Assembly: GCA_934168355.1 (NCBI GenBank)
Contig: CAKPNI010000002.1
Coordinates: 977 to 64,976, forward strand
Direction: 5' to 3'
Source: an uncultured Clostridia bacterium
Lineage (GTDB): Bacteria > Bacillota > Clostridia > TANB77 > CAG-508
Length of the DNA stretch: 64,000 nt
Position numbers and translations under genes: made by a program. The notes beneath the pieces were generated by a model. It saw only the letters and a list, made by a program, of their open reading frames with translations, had not been told where the DNA came from and made no database searches. Shown here in pieces: positions 20,535-29,885 of this stretch. Numbering within the stretch: position 1 is the first letter of the stretch; each line of letters begins with the position of its first letter.

Positions 20535-22403
20535 ATGAAACTCCAATCATTAGCAATTATATTTATTATAATAATAATGCCAATAACTATAGTTTTATCT
20601 GAATATATAAATAATAATATAGAAACATTAGAAAATGAAATGCTATATAATACAAGATTATTAAATTCAACATATGATGCAATAAAGGCATATCAATTAA
20701 ATACTGTAAATAATGCTTTTGGGGATATAACAAATAAAAAAGTACAAGATATAGAAGCAGCAGCTAAAACATTTTATAACTCACTATCATCAAATTTTAA
20801 TTATACAGGATATAGGTCAGAAGTAATGAAAGAATATGTACCAGCGATTGTATTTACAATGTATGATGGATATTATACTTATACTCCTTTTACAAATACA
20901 TTGACAGAAATAGAAGATGATGCTTATGATAAAACATATAGCAAGGATGGGCAAATACAAGAAGGATTAAAGCCGTATGTATATTATGCGTGTAGATACA
21001 ATTATACTCAAGGAGGAAAAAATTACGATTTTTCAATAATATATACCTTAGATAATTATATAACTATACAAGGAATAGTTAATAGTGAATATGTATATGA
21101 TACAGGCTATTTGTATTCAGTGGCAACTACAAGAGCAGATGCCAATAATGGAAAAGGAATATATAAAGAAACAGGCAATAATTCATATTGGTATTATGGA
21201 ATAAACTTTAAAGAAGACGATACAGAAGAGCTAAAAGAATATGTAGGAGATACAGAATATTCGTATGTTAAAATAAATGGTAAAAAATATTATTTAGATG
21301 AAGACCACTATCAAGATAGTAAAGTTGGTCAATATATATCATTAGGTAATGGAGTCAAAATAAAAGGAACCAGTGGTATTTTTTACATAGATTCTAATGG
21401 AACCAGAAATTATAATCAAGTTCGCCAGTATAAAGGAACGAATAGTGTAGACGATATAGAATTTTTAAAATATTGTAATGCAATAAAGAAAAATAAAAGT
21501 TCATATGAATATTACAAAAACGCATATGAATTTTCGAGCGCTGTGCTTGGCTCTAGTGCTAGAACAGATAAATCAGGAAATGTGCATAATAATGGTTATA
21601 ATTTAAGAAACTTAAAAACTAGTAATGCAACAATTTGGAATGAAAATACATCACTAACAAATACGACATCATTAAAGGAATATGGAGATAAAGAAATCTT
21701 TGGTGGAACCGAAAGTATAGAAGATTCAGCATCAAATTTTGAACAACATAGAAAAGCTATTATAAGACATGTAATAGAAACAAATTTATCTACAGCTATT
21801 GCATCATTTTCATCAAATGCCAATGCAAATTTCATAATGCCAAAAATATCAGATACAGATTGGGAAACGATAGAAAACGATGTTTGTGCTATATCATTTT
21901 TACAAGGAATGAGTATAGGAGCAAAAAAATATAATGGTTATTCAGTTGTGGCAAATACATTAACAAAGGAATATGTAGATGAAAATGATATATACATTTT
22001 AAAAACAGACAATACATATTGCAAAGTAAATGACCAAACAATCGCAGAAGATGGAAGTGCTCTTCAAGCAAAATCAACTCTGGGATATTATCCGGGAGCA
22101 TGGAAATTGAATTTTGAACAAAGACAAATTATTGTAAAAAATAATAGTGGAGTAGAAGAAACAGCATATTTTTATCCTTTGAAATATTATGGTAGTTATA
22201 CAAGTATAATGGGAAGTTATGGTATAAACTCTATTCAAGATACAAATATGTATAAATACATAGGAGATAAAAATAATACATTGAAAAAAGCATATTTGGT
22301 GGCACTTGGTAGAGAAAGATGGGGCTCATATAATGTAAATAATATAAATTATGAGTTATATGGAAATTCAAATGGAAATGATTACTTCTTAAATGATTAT
22401 TAA
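20535..22403 (+). CDS. large Tyr/Asn-rich membrane-anchored protein (pilus-associated, unknown family)
   Basis: ATG 20535. MKLQSLAIIFIIIIMPITIVLSEY TM anchor, followed by about 600 aa extracellular with no recognised domain. Confidence 0.5.
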   Translation: MKLQSLAIIFIIIIMPITIVLSEYINNNIETLENEMLYNTRLLNSTYDAIKAYQLNTVNNAFGDITNKKVQDIEAAAKTFYNSLSSNFNYTGYRSEVMKEYVPAIVFTMYDGYYTYTPFTNTLTEIEDDAYDKTYSKDGQIQEGLKPYVYYACRYNYTQGGKNYDFSIIYTLDNYITIQGIVNSEYVYDTGYLYSVATTRADANNGKGIYKETGNNSYWYYGINFKEDDTEELKEYVGDTEYSYVKINGKKYYLDEDHYQDSKVGQYISLGNGVKIKGTSGIFYIDSNGTRNYNQVRQYKGTNSVDDIEFLKYCNAIKKNKSSYEYYKNAYEFSSAVLGSSARTDKSGNVHNNGYNLRNLKTSNATIWNENTSLTNTTSLKEYGDKEIFGGTESIEDSASNFEQHRKAIIRHVIETNLSTAIASFSSNANANFIMPKISDTDWETIENDVCAISFLQGMSIGAKKYNGYSVVANTLTKEYVDENDIYILKTDNTYCKVNDQTIAEDGSALQAKSTLGYYPGAWKLNFEQRQIIVKNNSGVEETAYFYPLKYYGSYTSIMGSYGINSIQDTNMYKYIGDKNNTLKKAYLVALGRERWGSYNVNNINYELYGNSNGNDYFLNDY

Positions 22404-22497
22404 AAACATAGTCTATATAGGCTATGTTTTTTTATAAAAATCCATTGAAATTTTTTATTATTTATAATAAAATAATGACAAAAGAAAGGGGGAGCAA

Positions 22498-24516
22498 ATG
22501 AACAAAACAAAAAAAGTATTAATAACATTAATATTCCTAATAATTTTCATAATATTAGGAAGCAATAAGAGCAATGCCGGAAGTTTATATTTAAACAATC
22601 TAGATTTCAATGCACAAATTAATCAAGATGGAAGTATGAATGTAACTGAAACGTGGGATATATCAGTAAGTGAAACAAACACACTTTTTAAAACATTCAA
22701 AACAGACAAAAGCAAATATTCATCAATAACAAATGTGCAAGTATCAGAAATCACAGGAGGTACAGAAAAAAAATTTTCAAAAGTAAATTCACTAATGTAT
22801 CATGTAACAAAAGACTGTTACTATGGGCTAACAAATTCTGATGGAAATTTTGAAATTGCGTGGGGAGTTGGATTAGATGATAGTAGAGCAACAAAAAAAT
22901 ACAAAATATCATATAAAGTAAATGATGCAGTTGCAAAATATCAAGATTCAGCAGAACTATATTGGCAATTTGTAGGAAGTGATTTTGAAATTGACTGTGA
23001 AAAAATTACAGGAACAATTTTATTACCTCAAAATGCTACCACAAAAGAAGATATAAAAGTATGGGGACATACAGAAAGATTAAATGGCGAAATTTATGCT
23101 ACAGATTTAAATAAAATTGAATTTGAAGTAAATGATTTTATATCTGGAAGGTATATCGAAGTAAGAACATTATTTCCTACATCAATGATATATTCATCTA
23201 ATAGAACATATTCAAAAAATCGAATAGATGATGTTATATCAGAGGAAACTGTTTGGGCAAATGAAGCAAATGCAAGAAGACAAAAAGCAGAAGGAATAAA
23301 AAAAGTAGCAACGACAATATTTATGATTTCGATTGTAATTGTAGACTTTTTTCTTTTGAAAAAAACTATGGAAGTAAGAAAGGAAGCAGCTTCAAAAGAA
23401 AAAATAAAACCTACCCAAGAGCTAGAATATTTTAGAGAACTACCAAGAGAAAATGCCACACCAGCACAATCTATATATGTTTATAATGAAAAATTAGATT
23501 CAGTTTCAACAAAACAAATGGGAAATATATTTTCTGCAACATTATTAGATTTATGTTTGAAAAAATACATAGAATTTGTGGAAAATCCAAATGATAAGAA
23601 AAACATAATTATTAAAATATTAATAAGGACAGCAGATGCAAGTTTAGAAGAAACAGAAAAAACAATACATACATATATACTTAGAGCATCAAAAGGAAGT
23701 GAAGAAGTAACAATTAAGGAAATGGAAAAATACATGAAAGAACATGCATCAGGCTTAATGAAATTAAAAAGCAGTATTGAAAATTCATGTGTAAAAGAAC
23801 TTGAAAATAAGGAATTATATGATGGAGAGGCAGCAAAAGAAAAGGATGATTATAATGCAAGTTCAATTTTTGATTTTGTAATGGTTTTAGTAATATGTTT
23901 TATATTGGTAGGAGTATCTCCATTTTTATTAGCATATATAAATTTAAAAATATTGCTAATAGGAATAGCAAGTCTATTAATATTATTTGCTTTTAGAGGA
24001 TTTACGTGGAAAAATTATGCTAAAAAAATAAATGTATATACACAAAAAGGAATAGACGAAAAACAGATGTGGAGAGGACTAAAAAAATATATGGAAGATT
24101 TCTCTATGTTAGATAAAAGAGAAATTCCAGAAATTGCAATATGGGAACATTTTTTAGTATATGCAACAGCATTTGGAATAGCTGATAAAGTAATAAAACA
24201 ATTAAAAGCAGTTTATAGAGAACTTGGAAGAAGTTTGGATTTTGATGATTCATCTTATGGATATATGTATTTTATGACAAACAACAATTTCTCATCAAGT
24301 TTCACAAACTCAATAAGTTCAGCATTTACATCAGCATATGCATCAAATTACTCATCTTCATACTCTTCAGGCTCAGGAGGAGGCGGCGGCTTCTCTGGTG
24401 GCGGAGGAGGAGGCCGGTGGCCGGAGGTGGCGGCGGCGGTCGATAATTTTTCTGATTTGGGACGGTTCTTTTTTGCGAAAGAACCGTTTCCTTTTGCAAA
24501 AAAAGAAAAGAGGTAA
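22498..24516 (+). CDS. DUF2207-like membrane protein with C-terminal Gly run (3' end uncertain: 24446 if CGG 24415 and 24422 are +1 sites)
   Basis: Signal/TM segment, an extracellular domain, TM segments, then a SSSYSSGSGGGGGFSGGGGGG tail, an architecture typical of DUF2207. The standard frame reads on through an intergenic repeat element. Confidence 0.6.
   Translation: MNKTKKVLITLIFLIIFIILGSNKSNAGSLYLNNLDFNAQINQDGSMNVTETWDISVSETNTLFKTFKTDKSKYSSITNVQVSEITGGTEKKFSKVNSLMYHVTKDCYYGLTNSDGNFEIAWGVGLDDSRATKKYKISYKVNDAVAKYQDSAELYWQFVGSDFEIDCEKITGTILLPQNATTKEDIKVWGHTERLNGEIYATDLNKIEFEVNDFISGRYIEVRTLFPTSMIYSSNRTYSKNRIDDVISEETVWANEANARRQKAEGIKKVATTIFMISIVIVDFFLLKKTMEVRKEAASKEKIKPTQELEYFRELPRENATPAQSIYVYNEKLDSVSTKQMGNIFSATLLDLCLKKYIEFVENPNDKKNIIIKILIRTADASLEETEKTIHTYILRASKGSEEVTIKEMEKYMKEHASGLMKLKSSIENSCVKELENKELYDGEAAKEKDDYNASSIFDFVMVLVICFILVGVSPFLLAYINLKILLIGIASLLILFAFRGFTWKNYAKKINVYTQKGIDEKQMWRGLKKYMEDFSMLDKREIPEIAIWEHFLVYATAFGIADKVIKQLKAVYRELGRSLDFDDSSYGYMYFMTNNNFSSSFTNSISSAFTSAYASNYSSSYSSGSGGGGGFSGGGGGGRWPEVAAAVDNFSDLGRFFFAKEPFPFAKKEKR
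24449..24505. repeat. intergenic palindromic element copy R1 (right arm decayed)
   Basis: tttctgatttgggacggttcttttttgcgaaagaaccgtttcc, between DUF2207 and MYG1. Confidence 0.8.
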
Positions 24517-24519
24517 AAA

Positions 24520-25440
24520 ATGAATATAAAAATAACAAAAAATATAAAAGAAGCAAATTGTGTAACACATGCGGGAACATTTCATGCTGACGAAATATTT
24601 GCAACATTAATATTATCAAAAATAATGCCAGAGATCACTTTAATTAGATTGCCAGAATTTAGAGAGCAAGAAAAATCAGAGGCAAATCCAAATGTAATGG
24701 TATATGACATAGGGGGCAAAGAATATGACCATCATCAACTAGGTGGAAATGGAGCAAGAGAAAATGGTGTAAAATATGCTGCATGTGGTTTGATTTGGAA
24801 AGCTTTTGGAAGAAAACTTTTGAAAAAATATGATGTAAAAGAAATAGATTATACTTTTGATTATATTGATAGAAATTTAATTCAATTTATAGATGCAAAT
24901 GATAATGGTCAACTTCCAAAATTACAAACAGACTATAGAAATGTACATTTATCACATGTAGTTTCGTTATTTAACCCGAAATGGGATGAAGAAGTAGATA
25001 GTGATGAAAACTTTATGAAAGCTTTAAGTGTATGCGAAATTATATTTAATGAATTTTTACATGATGCATTTTCTAAAATGAAGGCAAAGGATTTAGTGGA
25101 TAAAGCCATAGAAAATTCCGAAAATGGAATAATGGTGTTAGATACTTTTGCACCTTGGAAAGAGTTTTTGTTAAATTCTAAAAATGAAAAAGCAAAAAAT
25201 ATTAATTTTGCCGTATTTCCATCTTCCAGAGGAGGATATAATGTATATGCTGTTCCACTTGAGTTTGGAAGCTTTGAAAATAGAAAAAGTTTGCCTGTTA
25301 AATGGAGAGGATTGAGAGATAAAGATTTGCAAGAAGTAACAGGTGTTGAAACTGCTAGATTTTGCCATAATGCAGGATTTATTTGTAGTGCAGATAGTAA
25401 AGATGGAGCTTTGGAGTTGGCAAATATTGCAAATGAATAA
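24520..25440 (+). CDS. MYG1/UPF0160-family metal-dependent hydrolase
   Basis: THAGTFHADEIFATLIL ... YDHHQ motifs. Confidence 0.8.
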   Translation: MNIKITKNIKEANCVTHAGTFHADEIFATLILSKIMPEITLIRLPEFREQEKSEANPNVMVYDIGGKEYDHHQLGGNGARENGVKYAACGLIWKAFGRKLLKKYDVKEIDYTFDYIDRNLIQFIDANDNGQLPKLQTDYRNVHLSHVVSLFNPKWDEEVDSDENFMKALSVCEIIFNEFLHDAFSKMKAKDLVDKAIENSENGIMVLDTFAPWKEFLLNSKNEKAKNINFAVFPSSRGGYNVYAVPLEFGSFENRKSLPVKWRGLRDKDLQEVTGVETARFCHNAGFICSADSKDGALELANIANE

Positions 25441-25441
25441 T

Positions 25442-25494
25442 TTTCTAATTTGGGACGGTTCCTTTTTGAAAAAGGAACCGTCCCAAATTAGAAA
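25442..25494. repeat. intergenic palindromic element copy R2 (perfect 26-bp stem)
   Basis: tttctaatttgggacggttccttttt g aaaaaggaaccgtcccaaattagaaa. Confidence 0.9.
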
Positions 25495-25500
25495 TAATGA

Positions 25501-25529
25501 TTGACATAAAAAGTAAATGGTGATAAACT
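25501..25529 (+). promoter_or_regulatory. sigma-A-type promoter (TTGACA-17-TAAACT)
   Basis: TTGACA at 25501-25506, a 17-nt spacer, and TAAACT at 25524-25529. Confidence 0.45.
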
Positions 25530-25583
25530 AATGATATTGTAACCGCAAAAATAACACTACTTTGTAAGTAGGGAGGGCTAATT

Positions 25584-26756
25584 ATGGCAAAACGGAAAAT
25601 GAAAAAAGCTTACTGCATTGAGGAAGAAAAGAAAGAAAATGCAAAAGTAAAAAAAGGAGGCAAACCACAAACTAAAACTTTGACAGACCAAAATGGATCA
25701 ATCCTTTTTGGTGGTACAATAAATCCAGAGCTTAGAGCTGCAATTGCGAGAGAAGAAAAGAAGATAAGACCAAATATTCAGGATGTTGAAAAAATGGTTT
25801 TAAAGTCTATAGTAGGCCAGGATAGACAGGTAAGAGAAATTATTACAACAATATACAAATCTATTGAATTTAATAATCTAAAATCAAATATTTTAATTAT
25901 TGGAGGAAGTGGAACAGGAAAAACAGAAACTGTAAAACAGATTGTTAAAATATTGGGAATACCATATACAATTGAAGATGCTACTAAATATACCAAAGAG
26001 GGATATTATGGTATGGATACTACTGATATGGTTTTCAATTTGGTTTACAATGCAAATTACAATATTCAAAAAGCTCAAAAAGGAATTATTGTAATAGACG
26101 AAATTGACAAGAAAACTGGATATATGCAAAACGATATATCTGGAGTGGAGGTTTTAAAAAGTTTGTTAAAGATAATTGAAGGAACTAAAATAAAGATGGA
26201 AGTACCAAAGAAAGGCTCTTATTTTGGTTCAGTAGTGGACTTTGATACTAAAAACATAACATTTATTTTGATGGGGGCTTTTTCAGGAATTAAAGAGATC
26301 CGCGATAATAGATTAAATCTTAAAACAATAGGATTTCATATGGGAGAAGATGACGAAAAAGAGATGGATTTTCAAGATGGCTACACAAAACAGGATTTGG
26401 TTGAGTATGGAATGCCGGAAGAATTTGTTGGTAGAATTGATAATATAACTGTGATGAACGAATTAACAGAAGAAAATTTATCTCAGATTTTAAGAAAATC
26501 AAAATTATCTGTTTTTAAAGAATATCAAAAAGAATTGACTAAAAGAGGAGTAACGTTAAAATTTGATACGAAACTTTTTGATGCTATTGCAAAAAAATCT
26601 ATGTCTTTAAATACAGGAGCAAGGGAATTAACCAATACAGTTAATTATATTTTTTTTAAAATTATATTTGATGTTTTGGCTAATCCAGGAAAATATCATC
26701 AATGTGTATTGGATTTAGACATTGTAAATGATAATAGAAAATATAAATTGTCATAA
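25584..26756 (+). CDS. ClpX-like AAA+ unfoldase paralogue lacking the N-terminal zinc-binding domain
   Basis: ILIIGGSGTGKTETV (Walker A), IIVIDEIDK (Walker B), an IGF tripeptide (KTIGFHMG), and YGMPEEFVGRID and TGARELT sensor motifs all align with ClpX. There is no C4 zinc ribbon and no adjacent clpP. Codon 4 is an in-frame CGG. Confidence 0.75.
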   Translation: MAKRKMKKAYCIEEEKKENAKVKKGGKPQTKTLTDQNGSILFGGTINPELRAAIAREEKKIRPNIQDVEKMVLKSIVGQDRQVREIITTIYKSIEFNNLKSNILIIGGSGTGKTETVKQIVKILGIPYTIEDATKYTKEGYYGMDTTDMVFNLVYNANYNIQKAQKGIIVIDEIDKKTGYMQNDISGVEVLKSLLKIIEGTKIKMEVPKKGSYFGSVVDFDTKNITFILMGAFSGIKEIRDNRLNLKTIGFHMGEDDEKEMDFQDGYTKQDLVEYGMPEEFVGRIDNITVMNELTEENLSQILRKSKLSVFKEYQKELTKRGVTLKFDTKLFDAIAKKSMSLNTGARELTNTVNYIFFKIIFDVLANPGKYHQCVLDLDIVNDNRKYKLS

Positions 26757-26837
26757 TGGTTGGAAGCAAAAGAGTTCTCAAACTGTTTCTTAGTTTGAGA
26801 GCTTTTTTGAAGTATAAAATAATTATTAAATAGTTGT

Positions 26838-26866
26838 TTGACACTATTTACATAATATGGTAAAAT
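26838..26866 (+). promoter_or_regulatory. sigma-A-type promoter with extended -10 (TTGACA-17-TAAAAT)
   Basis: TTGACA at 26838-26843 and TGGTAAAAT ending at 26866. Confidence 0.5.
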
Positions 26867-26936
26867 ACGGGTATGGCAAAATTCATAAGTGTAGAGATAA
26901 ATATTGCCGAAAAAACAAAACAAAGGAGAAACAATT

Positions 26937-28529
26937 ATGATGTTATTTGGAAGTGCAGCAAGGAAAGTAGAAAAAGGACAAAGCTATGAAGCAATGGTAG
27001 CTGAAGCCATTAACAAAGTCAAAGAGACCAAAAAAGGAATTGGTATCGAAAAAGCTATTGGTTTTCGCAAAACTAATGCCATTATGGAGCGGATTATTGA
27101 TATTGAAGGTATAGATGAATATACTGCTAGAAAATTAGGCTTAATGTATAACAATTTAGCACCTGATGATCTTTATCAACCAATTTCCGCTAAAATGATG
27201 TTACAGTTTATGGAGAATGTTGTAAAAAATCAAAATCCAGAAGCATATGAAAAAATTTGGCGGTACTATGATTACAACAATCCGTTGCCAGATAAGTTAC
27301 TGAAAAAAATGGCTATATTTGTTGAAAATGTATGGAACAGATATAGAAAAGTAGAATACTGTTATCTGTATTCTAAAGGTTTCCATGATTTCGTAGACAA
27401 ATATGCTTCAAAGGTAGATGCAAATGGATTGAATAACATTGAAAAAATCAAGTGGTTAAGGTTATGGGTATTTGTGATCAAAGACCAAGGTTTTTTCTGG
27501 AAAGATATCAACCCAAATGGTACTATCACGGTAAGTGAACAGGTAGAATTTAATAGAAAAGTTTATTTGTTCCCAGACACAATGTTATATTTGGAGCCAT
27601 ATGTGAGTAGGCTTGAAGGAAAAGACCTTAATGTAGAAATGTTAAAGCGTTTTATTGGAATGTATCCGGAAAATGTGCAAAAACAAATTTACAGTTGGGG
27701 CGAAATGGATGATAGTGATACTATAAATATGCTTCGAGCCGGAGAAGTAAGAATGGGAATAAAAAGAACACTGTTCCCTATTACTTGGATGAGTCCTATG
27801 AACTTATTTTGCTTAAATAGCGGGATGAAGTATAACAAACCAGAATATATAAAAAGTGCAGTTGAAGTTTACAAAAAAGGAAATATGGAAGCCTTAAGTA
27901 GAATTGATCAAAAAGGAACAGATCCATTTGACCTTTTCAAAATTAAAAACTTCAAAAGCTATGAAATATATTCTGTGAAGGAAGAAAATGTACAAAAAAT
28001 ATTTGTAGTAAACTCTTCAAAAGAGCTTGAAATGTTTGTAGAACTGTACAAATGGCTTCTTGAACATCAAGATTTTAGATTTGGCTCAGAAAACAAAAAC
28101 ATCGTAGAATATGGAATGGCCCATCTTCTTGAAGATGAAACAAAAATCAAGGGCAAATGGCTCTTAGAAATGGGGTTTGTAGATTCAGAAGAAGATATAA
28201 ACTGGGAAAATTTCAATAAAATTCTTGAAGGAAAAGAAACCGAAATGTCTAAATATCTTAATGGTGAGATATCGCCAGAAGACATCTATGAAATCATTGG
28301 ATTTACAAGTGATATGCAAGCAAAGGCTTGTTGTAACAAAAAGACAAAACTTATCCCTACAGAAGCAAGTAAAATGTCTGCTGCACTCAAACGTATCAAA
28401 ATGTTTGGAGAGGCAGTAGCAAGTAAATCAGATAAAATATATTTGGAGATTTTTAAATATATGATGTCTGAAAAGCCAGGAGAATTACCTAAAACAATGG
28501 TAAATCTGTATGGCAAGGTTTTTAAATAA
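26937..28529 (+). CDS. hypothetical protein (530 aa), no recognised domain
   Basis: Long ORF with an RBS (AAAGGAGAAACAATT-ATG). It has its own promoter and a strong terminator. It is visibly GC-richer, with CGN Arg codons including two in-frame CGG. Confidence 0.6.
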   Translation: MMLFGSAARKVEKGQSYEAMVAEAINKVKETKKGIGIEKAIGFRKTNAIMERIIDIEGIDEYTARKLGLMYNNLAPDDLYQPISAKMMLQFMENVVKNQNPEAYEKIWRYYDYNNPLPDKLLKKMAIFVENVWNRYRKVEYCYLYSKGFHDFVDKYASKVDANGLNNIEKIKWLRLWVFVIKDQGFFWKDINPNGTITVSEQVEFNRKVYLFPDTMLYLEPYVSRLEGKDLNVEMLKRFIGMYPENVQKQIYSWGEMDDSDTINMLRAGEVRMGIKRTLFPITWMSPMNLFCLNSGMKYNKPEYIKSAVEVYKKGNMEALSRIDQKGTDPFDLFKIKNFKSYEIYSVKEENVQKIFVVNSSKELEMFVELYKWLLEHQDFRFGSENKNIVEYGMAHLLEDETKIKGKWLLEMGFVDSEEDINWENFNKILEGKETEMSKYLNGEISPEDIYEIIGFTSDMQAKACCNKKTKLIPTEASKMSAALKRIKMFGEAVASKSDKIYLEIFKYMMSEKPGELPKTMVNLYGKVFK

Positions 28530-28544
28530 TATCTCTACACACAC

Positions 28545-28578
28545 CCCGCTACAGTTTTTATAGTAGCGGGTTTTTTTT
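28545..28578 (+). terminator. Rho-independent terminator
   Basis: cccgctac / gtagcggg stem followed by T8. Confidence 0.8.
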
Positions 28579-28645
28579 CGTAAAAAGAAACGGTTCACAT
28601 GGAAAATTTCGCAAAAGGAAACGGTCCCAATGCGAAAAAAATCTC
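28579..28645. repeat. intergenic element copy R3 (two direct half-units)
   Basis: aaaagaaacggttcacatgg ... aaaggaaacggtcccaatgcgaaaaaa. Confidence 0.7.
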
Positions 28646-28674
28646 TTGACTTCCTAAAAACATATATATATAAT
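28646..28674 (+). promoter_or_regulatory. sigma-A-type promoter (TTGACT-17-TATAAT)
   Basis: TTGACT at 28646-28651 and TATAAT at 28669-28674. Confidence 0.5.
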
Positions 28675-28703
28675 AAGGTTAAAATTTAAACAAAAGGAAG
28701 GTA

Positions 28704-29597
28704 ATGAAAATGAATAATGAAATGTATGAAATCATTAAAAACAGAAAAGGATTTATAGCAGCATTAGACCAAAGTGGAGGAAGTAGTAGTAAAACCTTAA
28801 AAGCATATGGAATACCAGAAACAGAATATAGCACAGAAGAAGAAATGTTTGACTTAATACATGAAATGAGAAAAAGAGTATTTACAAGTAAATCATTTAC
28901 AAGTGAACATATAATAGGAGCAATACTATTTGAAAAAACAATGTTATCAAAAGTAAATGGAGAATACACAGCAGACTATTTATGGAACGAAAAAAATATA
29001 GTATCATTTTTAAAAGTTGACAAAGGTTTACAAGAAGAAAAAAATGGTGTAAAACTAATGAAAGACATACCAGAACTTTCAAAAGAATTAGAAGAAGCAA
29101 ATGAAAAGCATGTATTTGGAACAAAAATGAGGTCTGTAATATATGAACCAAATAGAGAGGGAATAAAGGAAATAGTAAAACAACAATTTGATTTTGCAAA
29201 AATAATATGTGATGCTGGGCTAGTTCCAATTATCGAGCCAGAAGTAGATATACATTCTGAGCAAAAAGAAATGTGTGAAGTTATTTTAAAAGAAGAAATA
29301 AAAAATAGACTTGAAAGTTGGAATAAAGAAGACAAAATCATGTTTAAATTTACAATTCCAACAGTTCCAAACTATTACCTAGATTTATATGATTATGAAT
29401 GTGTAGTAAGAATTGTTGCATTATCTGGTGGATATAGTATCGATGAAGCTGTAAAATATCTTTCGGAAAATAATAGAATGATAGCAAGTTTCTCGAGAGC
29501 TTTATTGCAAGATTTAAATGCACATCAAAGTCAAGAAGAATTTGATGGTAAATTAAATGATGCTATTGTTAAAATTTATAATGCTTCAATAAGCTAA
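28704..29597 (+). CDS. class I fructose-bisphosphate aldolase
   Basis: KGFIAALDQSGGSSSKTLKAYGI is the N-terminal signature of the Gram-positive class I aldolase. The start may be ATG 28710. Confidence 0.8.
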   Translation: MKMNNEMYEIIKNRKGFIAALDQSGGSSSKTLKAYGIPETEYSTEEEMFDLIHEMRKRVFTSKSFTSEHIIGAILFEKTMLSKVNGEYTADYLWNEKNIVSFLKVDKGLQEEKNGVKLMKDIPELSKELEEANEKHVFGTKMRSVIYEPNREGIKEIVKQQFDFAKIICDAGLVPIIEPEVDIHSEQKEMCEVILKEEIKNRLESWNKEDKIMFKFTIPTVPNYYLDLYDYECVVRIVALSGGYSIDEAVKYLSENNRMIASFSRALLQDLNAHQSQEEFDGKLNDAIVKIYNASIS

Positions 29598-29610
29598 AAT
29601 ACAATATACA

Positions 29611-29645
29611 AGATGGCTATGTTTTTATAGCCATCTATTTTTTGG
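29611..29645 (+). terminator. Rho-independent terminator
   Basis: agatggctat / atagccatct stem followed by a T-run. Confidence 0.75.
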
Positions 29646-29736
29646 ATAAAAAATTAATTTGAAACGATTAAATTCAAAATAAAATTGCCGAAGAGTAATT
29701 TGAAATGGAAAAAAATGTAAAAATATATTAAAAGTA

Positions 29737-29765
29737 TTGAAATACCACAATAAAAATGGTATAAT
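29737..29765 (+). promoter_or_regulatory. sigma-A-type promoter with extended -10 (TTGAAA-17-TATAAT)
   Basis: TTGAAA at 29737-29742 and TGGTATAAT ending at 29765. Confidence 0.5.
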
Positions 29766-29885
29766 GTAAAACGTCTAATAACATTGAAATAGTCTGTCTT
29801 TTTAGACTAGTTCACATAAAAGAAATGTATTATAGTTTCATATAGGTAAGGGGGATTTTTTTAGATTAAGAAAGGAAAAAGGAGT

